Source: an uncultured Candidatus Saccharibacteria bacterium
GTDB taxonomy: Bacteria > Patescibacteriota > Doudnabacteria > UBA920
Reading direction: 5' to 3'
DNA length: 64,000 bases
Assembly: GCA_964650255.1 (NCBI GenBank)
Contig: CAZYQT010000001.1
Location: forward strand, 39,964 to 103,963
Shown here piece after piece: positions 45,789-56,060 of the stretch. Below the pieces are notes generated by a model. It worked only from the letters and a program-made list of their open reading frames with translations. It made no database searches and was not told where the DNA came from. The position numbers and the translations under genes were made by a program. The number at the start of each line of letters is the position of its first letter. Within the stretch, counting starts at the first letter, position 1.

Positions 45789-47375
45789 TCACTCAACCAG
45801 TTCCCCGCCAAACACTTTCAGAGCATCACTTAAGGCGTCAACGGTTTGAGCAAAAGCAGGTTCTGACTTACTAGTATTAATAACTGCTTTAAATATGAGG
45901 TTTTTACCACTAACAGCAATAATCGCATCGGAAATTAACGAGGCGTGCTTCTTATTATCTAAATGCTCCTTATGAAATAAATATTTCACTCCAACAGTCA
46001 CTCGCCCATTTCCCACTTCGAGGACAGGAGAATTTCTAAGCAATGTTGCCACAGGGCTATTTTCAATTTTGACCTTATTAATTACTTCTGGCCACCACTG
46101 GCTCAATTCTTCCAAGCTAAGATCAGTGTCTAACTCCGTTTCTAATTTCGCTTCTTCTATTGACTCGATTGGTGCTGAGACTGACTCTGATACTTTTGAC
46201 TTTGGCGCTTCTTGAGCAGTTGTAACCACTGGTGATTCTACCGAAGGTTTATTAGGCGCAACTGCAGTGGCTGCAGAATTAGCTGGGGTTGCAGCACCAC
46301 TCTGGCCGTGCATGCTTGCTTCAATTGAAGCAAGCAGTAAAGGCAGCTCGGGTGATGGCGCAAAGGCCAACTCTTTATATGACCGCAAAAATAACCTAAT
46401 GATAAACATTAAATGCGGCAAGCTTAAGTTTTCTACCTGCTGAGCAAAAACTTCATTACTAGCCATGTCGCTGCCACCGGTCAATTTGGCGTTCAAAATC
46501 TTTCGCAAATACACTAAAATACTGCGATTCAGTACTGCTGGATCTACTCCGCCACTCAAAATGGTGTCATAAAAATCTGGCAAAGATGCAGCATCACGAT
46601 TAATAACTAACCCGAGCAGTGTTTGAATTGTAGCCAGAGAAGTTACACCTAAAAGATTTTCTATGTCATCCAAAGAAGTCTTCTCGCCTTTTGATGATAC
46701 CATCGATGCAACCATATTCAAACGAGTAAGAGCGTCGCGCATACTACCTTCGGCTTGCTGGACAATTGCGTCTACAGTGCCATCTGGCAACTTTAACTTT
46801 TGATCCTTAATAATTGCTTCGAGCGCCATGGACATTTGTGCAGGATTAATACGCTTAAAATCAAAACGCTGAGTGCGTGAGGCAATTGTCGCTGGAACTT
46901 TTTCAATATCAGTGGTAGCCAAAATAAATATGGCGTGCTCAGGTGGTTCTTCCAAAGTTTTCAGCAGTGCATTGAAAGCTGCCTTGGATAGCATGTGGAC
47001 CTCGTCAATAATGAACACTTTTTTAGACATCTGTGCTGGGCGGAACTGCGCGTGCTCAATAAACTCGCGCACATTGTCTACGCCAGTATGGGAGGCAGCA
47101 TCAATTTCAATAATATCCAAAGAATGACCACCGGCAATGCTGGTGCAAATATCGCACTTGCCGCAAGGTGCGCCAGCTTTCAAATTCGGGCAGTTTGCTG
47201 CCTTTGCTAAAAGCCTGGCCAAAGTGGTTTTTCCCACTCCCCGGCTGCCTGTGAACAAATAAGCATGGGCCAATTCCCCAGCTTCTGCTGCGTTTTTCAG
47301 GGTTTGCACAATTGGCTCTTGCCCAACCACGTCCGCAAAGGTTTGCGGCCTATATTTTTGATAAAACACAGCCAT
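45789..47375 (-). CDS. dnaX: DNA polymerase III subunits gamma/tau
   Basis: YRPQTFADVVGQE...AYLFTGSRGVGKTTLARLLAKAANC...CGKCDIC. Walker A and zinc module. 528 aa. Confidence 0.9.
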   Translation of the reverse strand: MAVFYQKYRPQTFADVVGQEPIVQTLKNAAEAGELAHAYLFTGSRGVGKTTLARLLAKAANCPNLKAGAPCGKCDICTSIAGGHSLDIIEIDAASHTGVDNVREFIEHAQFRPAQMSKKVFIIDEVHMLSKAAFNALLKTLEEPPEHAIFILATTDIEKVPATIASRTQRFDFKRINPAQMSMALEAIIKDQKLKLPDGTVDAIVQQAEGSMRDALTRLNMVASMVSSKGEKTSLDDIENLLGVTSLATIQTLLGLVINRDAASLPDFYDTILSGGVDPAVLNRSILVYLRKILNAKLTGGSDMASNEVFAQQVENLSLPHLMFIIRLFLRSYKELAFAPSPELPLLLASIEASMHGQSGAATPANSAATAVAPNKPSVESPVVTTAQEAPKSKVSESVSAPIESIEEAKLETELDTDLSLEELSQWWPEVINKVKIENSPVATLLRNSPVLEVGNGRVTVGVKYLFHKEHLDNKKHASLISDAIIAVSGKNLIFKAVINTSKSEPAFAQTVDALSDALKVFGGELVE

Positions 47376-47503
47376 AATACATTAATTATACCACACCTAC
47401 AGCTCGTTTCGAAGCGAACATTTTCATCTTACTTTTGAGAAAAACTTTATATGGAATTGAGGATATAATCGGTATCATATACATAGTTAAGACTAAGCTA
47501 AAA

Positions 47504-47890
47504 ATGAAAGATTTCCTAAAATGGCATAATCTGAAAAAAAGGATCGACGATCGCCCAAGAAGGCCATATTTTCATGAAAGAGAAATCTGGTGGTGTTCAA
47601 TGGGTTTGAATGTGGGCTTTGAACAGGACGGGAAAGGGCAAAGTTACTCTCGGCCAATTTTAGTTATTAAAAAATATAATAAGGAGGTATTTCTGGGTTT
47701 ACCGCTTACAACTCAAGAAAAAGTTGGAAAGTACTACATAAATGTCCGTATAGGAGATTTGATACAGAGAAAGATTATAATATCCCAAATAAGGCTATTC
47801 GACTCCAAAAGATTGAGAAAAAAAATCGCGACAATTGATGAAGCGCAATTTTTTAGTATAAAAAAAGCGGTCATCCGCTTATTGGGATAA
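47504..47890 (+). CDS. MazF/PemK-family endoribonuclease toxin-like protein
   Basis: REIWWCSMGLNVGFEQDGKGQSYSRPILVI...LGLPLTTQ resembles the MazF/PemK core (GEIWxVDL...G.EQ.G.RP.LVIS...PLTS). Start placed at the internal ATG (MKDFLKW). The ORF-track start at 47435 is probably too long. Confidence 0.5.
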   Translation: MKDFLKWHNLKKRIDDRPRRPYFHEREIWWCSMGLNVGFEQDGKGQSYSRPILVIKKYNKEVFLGLPLTTQEKVGKYYINVRIGDLIQRKIIISQIRLFDSKRLRKKIATIDEAQFFSIKKAVIRLLG

Positions 47891-47983
47891 CCAACTTATT
47901 TTCTGCCCACCTTTTTCAAAGTGGGTCGAGGCCGAAGCCGTTTGTAACCAAATCTTATAGCTCCCACACTACTTTGTCAAGTG

Positions 47984-48649
47984 CTATTTCTTAAACACTA
48001 TCAATTTGTAACCAATGAAGTTCCAAATTAGCGACACTGCAGTCGCCATAATTTTGGCCACGTTCTTAATCGTATCAGCATTTACAGATGTTTCTAAGTA
48101 AGGGGTAATATAATTTGATGCCACTACAATTATTACGCTGTTAATTAACAGGCCAATTAGACTGACAATAATAAATGTAGTGAACTGGCTACCAACCCCC
48201 TGCTTTTGTCCAAAGCGCAGGGCAAACGCCATCCAAAGTATAAATTCAATAACTACGAATCCAACTAAAACCAATAGGAAAAAAGAACTATGAGCATAGT
48301 TTGCTGCCCCTAAGAAAACTGCCAAAAATGTGGCGAATCCTAAGCCGCCAACTAAAACCAAACGAACAAAGTTTTGGAAAATTGTGGTTCCGCTATTTTG
48401 CGCAAAAGACCAAGCTCGGTTCCACAAATAACTCTGGATAATTGCGATCGCAAAGCTAATTGCGTTCAGGGCACCTAAACTGAAATCAGAAGTAACATTA
48501 AAAGATTTGGTGATGTAATTCAAAATTACAATATCCAAAGCTGTATTTAGACTGCCAATCGCCGCGAAGCGCAGCAATTGCATTATTACTGGCCTGCGCT
48601 GCAAAATTCCTGTAACCCGGACACTCAGCGGACTAGATAGTGCTGTCAT
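47984..48649 (-). CDS. GtrA-family membrane protein
   Basis: MQLLRFAAIGSLNTALDIVILNYITK GtrA-like start, 4 TM helices. ATG MQLLRF is the likely start. Confidence 0.6.
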   Translation of the reverse strand: MTALSSPLSVRVTGILQRRPVIMQLLRFAAIGSLNTALDIVILNYITKSFNVTSDFSLGALNAISFAIAIIQSYLWNRAWSFAQNSGTTIFQNFVRLVLVGGLGFATFLAVFLGAANYAHSSFFLLVLVGFVVIEFILWMAFALRFGQKQGVGSQFTTFIIVSLIGLLINSVIIVVASNYITPYLETSVNADTIKNVAKIMATAVSLIWNFIGYKLIVFKK

Positions 48650-48683
48650 GATAAAAATGTTTTAAAGATTTACTAAAGATTAT

Positions 48684-49307
48684 TTAAAGTTCGTCTTCAT
48701 CATCGTTTACAGGTGCTTCTATATCCTGATCTGCCATACCAACACTAGCTTCTGTATCTGCGTGCCCAGCACCATGCTTTATTACATGCTCAACTGCAGC
48801 CCATTCGGAATCAGTATCTTGCGGCACCACGATTGTTACTTCATCCCCTGCATCAGCTTTAAAATAAGTTAAAGAGGCAAGTAAAACCTTGTAGGATTTA
48901 CCTTCCGCAATAACTTTATAATCGCCTTTTTCATCTTGCATAAGCACACCCATAACTTTGCGACGTTCAACTGGTGCAATTTGCTTGTATATAAACGAGC
49001 CATCTTCCGCAATGGTTAGCTTAAGCATGTCGCCTTCAATGAGTTTGCTCTTAGATGCATAGTTAGCTGGTACTGGATATTGCTTGCCCTCAGGTCCAAC
49101 CATATTCTGACCATCAAACACACCCTCAATAACTTTGTCGCCATCGGAAGAAGCCATGCTGTGGGCCTTTTCAAAAATAGCAGCACTAGTGGAGCGAGCC
49201 GGAGATACCCCAGAACTTTCCCGCAGTAATTGCTTTGCGGATTGAATGTTCTTTTCGGCAGCATCGATCATTTGCATGACCAAAGCTAAATTGGCAGTTT
49301 TGTCCAT
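48684..49307 (-). CDS. Hypothetical protein with an acidic C-terminal tail
   Basis: 207 aa. TGTGGTATAAT promoter at 49367-49377 upstream. Confidence 0.4.
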   Translation of the reverse strand: MDKTANLALVMQMIDAAEKNIQSAKQLLRESSGVSPARSTSAAIFEKAHSMASSDGDKVIEGVFDGQNMVGPEGKQYPVPANYASKSKLIEGDMLKLTIAEDGSFIYKQIAPVERRKVMGVLMQDEKGDYKVIAEGKSYKVLLASLTYFKADAGDEVTIVVPQDTDSEWAAVEHVIKHGAGHADTEASVGMADQDIEAPVNDDEDEL

Positions 49308-49532
49308 AATTTAGAAATATTTCTTTATTTTTGTTTGTATTTCGATAGGTTTATATCGTTGGCTGAATTATACCACATCTGTGTGATTTGGCAAATAAAA
49401 ATAATGGCGATAACTAAGGCGTTGACAAAAAGTAGTAAATAAGGTATATTGAAATATTGTCAGATCCAAATCTGGTAATAAACAAAGACCGAATTTTCAA
49501 TTTTTTTGTTACAAACAGGAGGAAATTAAAAA

Positions 49533-50183
49533 ATGCATAATCCAAAAGAAGACTTAGAAAAGGCTGAAAAGCTATTGGCAGAAGGTGAGCGCAAAGCTCT
49601 ACAGGATAAAGCACAAGAGCAGCTGTTTTCCATCCGATCATCAGGTATCGGATTCAAAACGATCGACGCTGGCTGGGCCGAAAAAACGGTTAAGGACTTA
49701 GCCGAACTTGTCGGCTATGCCTACAGCGCCCAGCTCGGAGACACACTCAACAAATCGATGAAGGGAGTGAACATCCCGGTGGAAAAAGAGGCGTTCGATC
49801 TCAACGAATTCCTCTTCGGCGGAAAAACCATCGATCTTATAAGATCGATGGCGTTCAAAGACGCCGAGCTGATCAAGAGCGTAATGCTCGGCAACGAAAA
49901 CCCTGATCTTGTGAGTTGGCTGTGGCAGCACCGGGTGAGCATTGTCACCAAAATACACCAAAAGTTTCTAAAACAGAAAGCTGCTGAGGTGTTTCCCAAC
50001 ATCAGCCATTCAGTCCCGCTTAGCACTCAATCGAGCGAAAATCCCGAAAGTGCAAAAGCGGCTACGGCTACAGCGAGCTCTACGCCAATACAGCAACCCA
50101 CAGCGCCGATCAACTCCGCAGTGAAACCTGCAGAAAATCCTGGCAACAGGAGATTCGCTACGGTACCACCCGCGGCCTCGTAA
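49533..50183 (+). CDS. Hypothetical protein (216 aa)
   Basis: AGGAGG RBS 7 nt upstream. The C-terminal third is Ala/Thr/Pro-rich low complexity. Confidence 0.45.
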   Translation: MHNPKEDLEKAEKLLAEGERKALQDKAQEQLFSIRSSGIGFKTIDAGWAEKTVKDLAELVGYAYSAQLGDTLNKSMKGVNIPVEKEAFDLNEFLFGGKTIDLIRSMAFKDAELIKSVMLGNENPDLVSWLWQHRVSIVTKIHQKFLKQKAAEVFPNISHSVPLSTQSSENPESAKAATATASSTPIQQPTAPINSAVKPAENPGNRRFATVPPAAS

Positions 50184-50242
50184 AATCGAAGTTCTAGTTA
50201 TTAGGATTAAATCCGGTAAACACAAGTTGTTTGCCGGTTTTT

Positions 50243-51781
50243 TTATCTCACTTTATAAACAATAATGTTGTTTTTGCTATAGATCTTTTCAAAATTTTCA
50301 TGACTGGGATCTTGCCTATCAATATAATCACTCAAGTTCCCATTACGTTTGGCATCAATAAACACAAACTCGGCATTTAAATCTTTAGCAACTTCGTCAT
50401 GAAGTGTTGTAACAGATCCCCAATCTTGCTTTTCATCGTCAGCCACATCGCGCCATTTCCAATACAAATCTGGGTCGTAAATAAACATGAAAGTCGGGTC
50501 CATACCAACCGGATAATAATTCTGACTGTCCCAGTAAAATAACTGCGGAAATTGATCCCACTGCGTGTTAATAACAATATCCCCTGGTTGGCTTTGCTCA
50601 GCCATTTTCTTAGCAACAATTTCAAACCGATGAGCTGACTCACCATCAGCTAAATAGGAATTTACGTTGTGGAAGTTGTACCAACAGGTCAAAACAATAG
50701 CACAAGCAACCACTACCAATGCCAGCCCAGCCTGCCAATGCTCCTGGCAGGTTTTTTTTATTTCTTGCCACTTCAGTTGAGCTAAATATGGAGACAAAGT
50801 TATGGCCGCAGAGAGCACTGCAAATGGCACAAAATATTCAATGAACCTGCGGTGGCGCATGCACAGAACAAATAAAATTATAGTTGCAGCATTAATCCAC
50901 AAACTTTCCCATTTAATTTTTTTGTGATAAAACTCATGCCCAGCAACAATTAAACTCAAAATCCAGGCTAACAAAATTGGAACATCAGACTTTAAAAACC
51001 AACTCAAGCTATATGGCAACCACTCATTTCCAGCTGGCACCTGGCTCCCTGCTCCAAGGCCAGTAAGAAAAATTTGATTATACAAAGACAACAACAAATT
51101 GGCGTGATGCGGGTGGAGCACTAACCCAAGAACTATTCCTGCCGCGCTGGCAATTAATGGAATGAAAGCAAACTTGCGCTCTAAAATAAATATGGCGGCA
51201 AAGTAGGCGCCTAGAATTAGCGGAACAAACACGAACCCGCCATAAGTCCACACAAATAAAAAACTTGCTGCGACAATCCCTACGGCAGCCCAATTATTTT
51301 TGGTCCGCTGCCAGACAACGACCAAGGCCATAATTACGCTGAGCAAAGCCAAGGACAAAGTATTGGCTTTAACAAGATTAATTCGAAACAGAAAATCTGT
51401 TGAGCCCAACAATAGCAATGCAATCCACCATGGCTTTCCAGGAACTTTAAGCTGGCTAAGTAGCAAATAAAACGCTGCTATAAATATCATTGCAAATAAA
51501 ACTACTGACAAATACAACGAATCAGTATTGTTAAATGGGATTAGCAAAACATGATACAGAAAGTGTTGATCAGCAAACCCATCTTTCCAGGTAGTGTAAG
51601 TTAAATACGGAAACGAGCTGGTCAGTTGACCATGCTCAATTAACTGAGAAACTTTAGCATGATAAAAACCATCCGGATCTGCTAGCAATCCCCTGTTTGA
51701 GATTTGGAGGAAACCCATGACAGCAAGGCCCAAAACCAGACTAATGAAAGAATTGTTATTGAACTTGATAAATTTCCACAT
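50243..51781 (-). CDS. Polytopic membrane protein, possibly a GT-C-fold glycosyltransferase (ArnT/PMT-like)
   Basis: 512 aa, more than 10 TM helices with a C-terminal soluble domain. Adjacent to a paralog-like membrane protein and a GtrA gene. Confidence 0.4.
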   Translation of the reverse strand: MWKFIKFNNNSFISLVLGLAVMGFLQISNRGLLADPDGFYHAKVSQLIEHGQLTSSFPYLTYTTWKDGFADQHFLYHVLLIPFNNTDSLYLSVVLFAMIFIAAFYLLLSQLKVPGKPWWIALLLLGSTDFLFRINLVKANTLSLALLSVIMALVVVWQRTKNNWAAVGIVAASFLFVWTYGGFVFVPLILGAYFAAIFILERKFAFIPLIASAAGIVLGLVLHPHHANLLLSLYNQIFLTGLGAGSQVPAGNEWLPYSLSWFLKSDVPILLAWILSLIVAGHEFYHKKIKWESLWINAATIILFVLCMRHRRFIEYFVPFAVLSAAITLSPYLAQLKWQEIKKTCQEHWQAGLALVVVACAIVLTCWYNFHNVNSYLADGESAHRFEIVAKKMAEQSQPGDIVINTQWDQFPQLFYWDSQNYYPVGMDPTFMFIYDPDLYWKWRDVADDEKQDWGSVTTLHDEVAKDLNAEFVFIDAKRNGNLSDYIDRQDPSHENFEKIYSKNNIIVYKVR

Positions 51782-53342
51782 CTGGATTTTGATAAACTAA
51801 TTTTAAATAAGGCCTGCCTGTTGTGTCCAAACCGCCGTGGGAGCGAATTTCTTCATCCACTAAAATGTAATTGATATTTTCACGCTCAACAAAAAACTTT
51901 AATGGATCAATTCCATTAGGATGACTTGCTAATAACAACGGCACCGCTCCATACTTCAATTGAAAATTAACAGTCTGATCATAATGCCCCAAATAAACCG
52001 AGCATCCAGTTAGGCCTGGTATTCTATTACCAGTTTTATACGACGCCAAAATTATAGAGTTGCAACTGCTGGACCCAAATTTTAATTGATTAATGCCATC
52101 CAGCTCGGTTTTTTTAAGAAACCATAAATCTTTGTTAAACGAAATCTGGCGATATGTATTAATTACTAAAGAAATGTTTGTGGCTAAGAAAATGGCCATC
52201 AATAAAACCCCCGCGAGCCTGGCTAATTTGCCGCTATTTTCGCTAATATTAGTAAGCCAATTTTTTATACCGAAGAACGCCAACAAACCCATTGGCACGA
52301 ACATTCCCAAGCTTAGCTTCTGCTGGAATCTCGAAGTTATAGGATTAAACATCAATAATGAACTACCAACCAACCAAATTACTAAAAAGATTTTCTCATT
52401 AGTATTTTTTTTGTCCGACGTAAGTAGCCAAAATAATATAAATATAAAAAAGAATGCATATACCAACACCCAATTCATTACATTGGGCGACTCGACATTG
52501 GTTTGAAAAAAAGCCCAAATACTTAATGGGGCGCTATGCATGAATAATATCGCTTGGTAAAGTATGACAGGAGTTACACAAATAATCACCTTTAACCAAT
52601 CATAAAATACATATAGATTGCGATCTAGCCAATAAACATAAGCGGCGTACATTCCGGTGATGAGCAAAACTGAAACTAAATCGTAAGGGTGGATCAAGCC
52701 GAGAAGAACTATTAAACTTGATAGATATAACCACGAATACCTTTTTCGAGGCCTCAAGTATAAACTGAATATCAACAAAATAAAGGCTAGGCTAATTGGA
52801 TTCAGCACAGAAGCAAAAATAGAAAAGAAAATCGAACTTTCACTCTGAGTTAAATCCAGGGAATAAATTCCAAAAAACCAACCTAACCCAGATCCTAAAA
52901 ATAAAAACCATAAACTCCAAAGTTTGTCTTTATGATGAAGCCCGAGTGTTTTCAAAAAATGAGACAGACCATACAATAACAGAAACAAACCAAGTGTTCT
53001 CAGTAGCAAGATCGCAACATAGCTATTAACTGATATAGCCCTAGCTATTAAACCAAAAATGAAAAATAAAGGATGAAAAAACAAATTTGGATTTGGTAAT
53101 TCAGTCGAATTGAGCTGGGAAAACAAAAGGTGCCCTACCCTAGCCTGCTCAATCCAAGCCGCATAGGAACCATAATCCGCCCAGTTATGTAAGGTTAAAT
53201 TCATCAAAACATATCCATGAGGCTCATAGACCACCTTAGATAAGACAAAAGGAGCCCAAATGGCCGCCAAGCCAATAGCAACTAATCCAATAATAGAATA
53301 ACGGTACATGGCATAATTGTAATACAGCGTAGACAAAAACAA
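51756..53342 (-). CDS. Polytopic membrane protein, possibly a GT-C-fold glycosyltransferase-like (hypothetical)
   Basis: 528 aa, more than 10 TM helices, C-terminal soluble domain. Confidence 0.4.
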   Translation of the reverse strand: MFLSTLYYNYAMYRYSIIGLVAIGLAAIWAPFVLSKVVYEPHGYVLMNLTLHNWADYGSYAAWIEQARVGHLLFSQLNSTELPNPNLFFHPLFFIFGLIARAISVNSYVAILLLRTLGLFLLLYGLSHFLKTLGLHHKDKLWSLWFLFLGSGLGWFFGIYSLDLTQSESSIFFSIFASVLNPISLAFILLIFSLYLRPRKRYSWLYLSSLIVLLGLIHPYDLVSVLLITGMYAAYVYWLDRNLYVFYDWLKVIICVTPVILYQAILFMHSAPLSIWAFFQTNVESPNVMNWVLVYAFFFIFILFWLLTSDKKNTNEKIFLVIWLVGSSLLMFNPITSRFQQKLSLGMFVPMGLLAFFGIKNWLTNISENSGKLARLAGVLLMAIFLATNISLVINTYRQISFNKDLWFLKKTELDGINQLKFGSSSCNSIILASYKTGNRIPGLTGCSVYLGHYDQTVNFQLKYGAVPLLLASHPNGIDPLKFFVERENINYILVDEEIRSHGGLDTTGRPYLKLVYQNPDVEIYQVQ

Positions 53343-53392
53343 AAAGGGTAAGTGTGATGTTAATCACTCTTACCCTTTTGAAATACGACACC

Positions 53393-54775
53393 TCAGCTTT
53401 CGACCTCGACTACAACGGCTTGCGAGCCTTTGTTATCAGAGAAGCTGTCTGTATCATTTATTGATAATTCCAATCCTCCGTTTATTGTGCCTGTCCAATC
53501 ATTGCCTACGTGGAAGCCTGGTTGTTCAGACGTTTTTGCAACCAAGGCCCTAAAAGGGGCTGATGGTACAAGCAGTCCCGACCATGATCCGCTGCCAGCG
53601 CAACCCGCATAGATCGGGTTTTTGCCGCCATTGGTCCACTGATCCGATCCGCAATGAATACGAACCCGCTTACCCGGAAAAGATAAGCCGGTGTTAAACC
53701 ATTTAACATTTGCTGGGACTGTGACCGTGTAGGTCTGCCCAACAGTGAATGGCGCTTCGGTTGTGTTGTTATCACCACCGCCACGCCTATCGTTTGATTG
53801 AGCACTACCCGATGCCAAATCGGTATCAGATATTGCTACGTACATATTACCGAAACCGTAAGGCTGAACCCAGCTTTTACCGTCCGGCAAGTAAATACGG
53901 ATAAGTGGCTCCCCGCAATTGATAGTCGACGCTTCGATATCAGCAATGCGGAAGACAGTGTCCTTGGGAAGAGAGGTGATAACCTCTGCTCCGTCTTTGT
54001 TGCCCGTTGTCTTGGCGACAGCTTTAATGCCACCTTTATCAATCCCCGGGCACCCACTGACAGTTCCGATCTCATCTGCGGCCGCTTCTTCATTTGTAAC
54101 TCTCCAAACGATCGCGTTTTCAGTTTTGATATGCTGATCACGCTGCGTCTTGAGAGCATTAATAATGTTCTCGCGCCCCTTGGCGTTCTGTTCATTATTG
54201 CGGGCGATCACACTAGCTCGAATATGAGCAGGAAATAACCCACAAAGAATCCAGACCGCAAAAGTGGCAGTAGTTAAACCAGCCAGCACCTTAGTGCTTT
54301 TAACGTTATCCGATGGCCAGGCAATCACAATTGTGACACCAGTCATCAGTAACCCCAAAAAGAATGGTGCATAAACTGAGTATAAGAACATTGGGAAAGC
54401 CAGCGCCGTGACTCCGACATACATCGGAATAATAACCAGTACGCTACTCAGGCTCGGCTGCTTAGCACGCCAGTCTGATCCTAACAGACCAGACACAGCT
54501 CCAGCTGCCCTCAGTGCGCCCTGCAAGCATGACTGGAGAATCCAAAGAGATATCCCAGCCAAAAAGCAGATGACAGCCAAAGCCCTCGTTTGATGAGAAC
54601 CAATGACGACAAAGGCCGACACTGAAAGCACAACCATAGAACCTAAATACACAGCGAGTACGCGTGCGCCATAATGAGTGCCGAGAGCCCAGCCGATCGA
54701 TCCATAAACTCGGACAAATCGGGCGATGCTCCCAGCATGCAACAGAACAAACAATAATATTACTAAACTTTCCAT
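53393..54775 (-). CDS. Membrane protein with an N-terminal 6-TM region and a C-terminal Gly/Ser/Thr-rich extracytoplasmic domain
   Basis: 460 aa. GC-richer than its neighbours. Confidence 0.45.
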   Translation of the reverse strand: MESLVILLFVLLHAGSIARFVRVYGSIGWALGTHYGARVLAVYLGSMVVLSVSAFVVIGSHQTRALAVICFLAGISLWILQSCLQGALRAAGAVSGLLGSDWRAKQPSLSSVLVIIPMYVGVTALAFPMFLYSVYAPFFLGLLMTGVTIVIAWPSDNVKSTKVLAGLTTATFAVWILCGLFPAHIRASVIARNNEQNAKGRENIINALKTQRDQHIKTENAIVWRVTNEEAAADEIGTVSGCPGIDKGGIKAVAKTTGNKDGAEVITSLPKDTVFRIADIEASTINCGEPLIRIYLPDGKSWVQPYGFGNMYVAISDTDLASGSAQSNDRRGGGDNNTTEAPFTVGQTYTVTVPANVKWFNTGLSFPGKRVRIHCGSDQWTNGGKNPIYAGCAGSGSWSGLLVPSAPFRALVAKTSEQPGFHVGNDWTGTINGGLELSINDTDSFSDNKGSQAVVVEVES

Positions 54776-54785
54776 TCTTTTTCTC

Positions 54786-55346
54786 CTACGATTTTCCGTG
54801 TTTCTTTTTCCAAACCTTTAACCATGACTCACCAGCATAAGAAGCATTGTCGATAATACTACCAATCTCAGCGTTCTTTGCTTTTAGCGAACCCACAACC
54901 GTACCGGCACCAGACTGCAAATGGTCAAGAAGACTCTTCGCAACCATGTAATCTTCGATAACGGTTTTTTGGTATGCTTTCCATGGGCCAGGTGTCATAC
55001 CGGCATCGTGCTCGATTGCTTTCAATGTAGCTTCGGGGGTTTCCCGACATTTTAGCCTTCGATACAGCTCACGCTGGTCAGCATTGGTGAACGTTGCAAG
55101 CTTTTTTTCCCACGCTATTACTACCGCGGGTTTGGCCATTTCCAACGCCTTGTCAATGATCGTTTCATCGTATTCCGATTCCTTGACCATGTGGTCGATA
55201 ATGCGGTCCATCGTTTTCTCAACGACTGTAATGCCTGTGGACTGAGTTAGATGCTCAAACACAGGCCTTAGGATACCTTTCACAGCTCCGACCCCGCCCA
55301 TAATTGCGATGTCGAGCCCAATTAGTTGTGCAATTTTTTTCAACAT
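54786..55346 (-). CDS. Hypothetical protein (186 aa)
   Basis: ORF with tight spacing in a minus-strand operon. No motif recognised. Confidence 0.35.
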   Translation of the reverse strand: MLKKIAQLIGLDIAIMGGVGAVKGILRPVFEHLTQSTGITVVEKTMDRIIDHMVKESEYDETIIDKALEMAKPAVVIAWEKKLATFTNADQRELYRRLKCRETPEATLKAIEHDAGMTPGPWKAYQKTVIEDYMVAKSLLDHLQSGAGTVVGSLKAKNAEIGSIIDNASYAGESWLKVWKKKHGKS

Positions 55347-55361
55347 ATAATTCTCCCGATT

Positions 55362-56060
55362 CTATCCTTTGAGCAAGATCTCCTCAACGGTCTGCTTAGA
55401 CCGCTGATCTTTAAACGAAAAAGCTTCATCGTAAGACTTAACTTTAATTCGCACTGTGATTCCGTTCTTGTCTGTAACAGCGACTTGCTTGGTTCCGTTG
55501 CTATCGCAGTCTTTGCCATCAATCTTGAACATCTGAGTTGCGGAAATCAACACATTCCCCTGAGCTGGATGACCATCTTGGTCAAACAGCTTGATAGAAA
55601 CTTTGTGATAACCGTCTGGACCCGGCAGCCCTGGATCAACTACAATTCGGGTTGCCGGCTTCGGCAGATCCTTATTGCAGTCGATACTAACTGTCATTGC
55701 ATTGTCCGGATGCGGATCGTTCACAGGAGCGATGCCAGCCACAATTTTTTTGTACGCGTCTGGTTTTATTCCTGGAAACTCCACCTGTGTAGTGTTCTTA
55801 TCGATTCTAATGGTTCCGTCCAAGACTTTGCCATTCACAACCCCAACCACAATGTAAGTAGATTTATCATACGGATTTACCGTACCTGCTTTAAGCGTTA
55901 CGTCAACCAAACCATTGGGCTTGGTTGTCGCCAAAGTCAACCCATCACCAGCACCCGGCCTTACTATGTAGTAAGGGGCGCGGCGGTCGGTTCCTTCTTT
56001 TTTCTTTTCATCACCTTTTTTATCAGTCATGTTATTCTCCTTGCCTATCTTAGAGACCAA
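55362..56060 (-). CDS. Hypothetical protein, beta-rich (Ig-like?)
   Basis: 232 aa. Lys/Asp/Gly-rich with a V/T/K alternation suggestive of beta strands. Likely start at the internal MTDKKG. Confidence 0.35.
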   Translation of the reverse strand: MVSKIGKENNMTDKKGDEKKKEGTDRRAPYYIVRPGAGDGLTLATTKPNGLVDVTLKAGTVNPYDKSTYIVVGVVNGKVLDGTIRIDKNTTQVEFPGIKPDAYKKIVAGIAPVNDPHPDNAMTVSIDCNKDLPKPATRIVVDPGLPGPDGYHKVSIKLFDQDGHPAQGNVLISATQMFKIDGKDCDSNGTKQVAVTDKNGITVRIKVKSYDEAFSFKDQRSKQTVEEILLKG

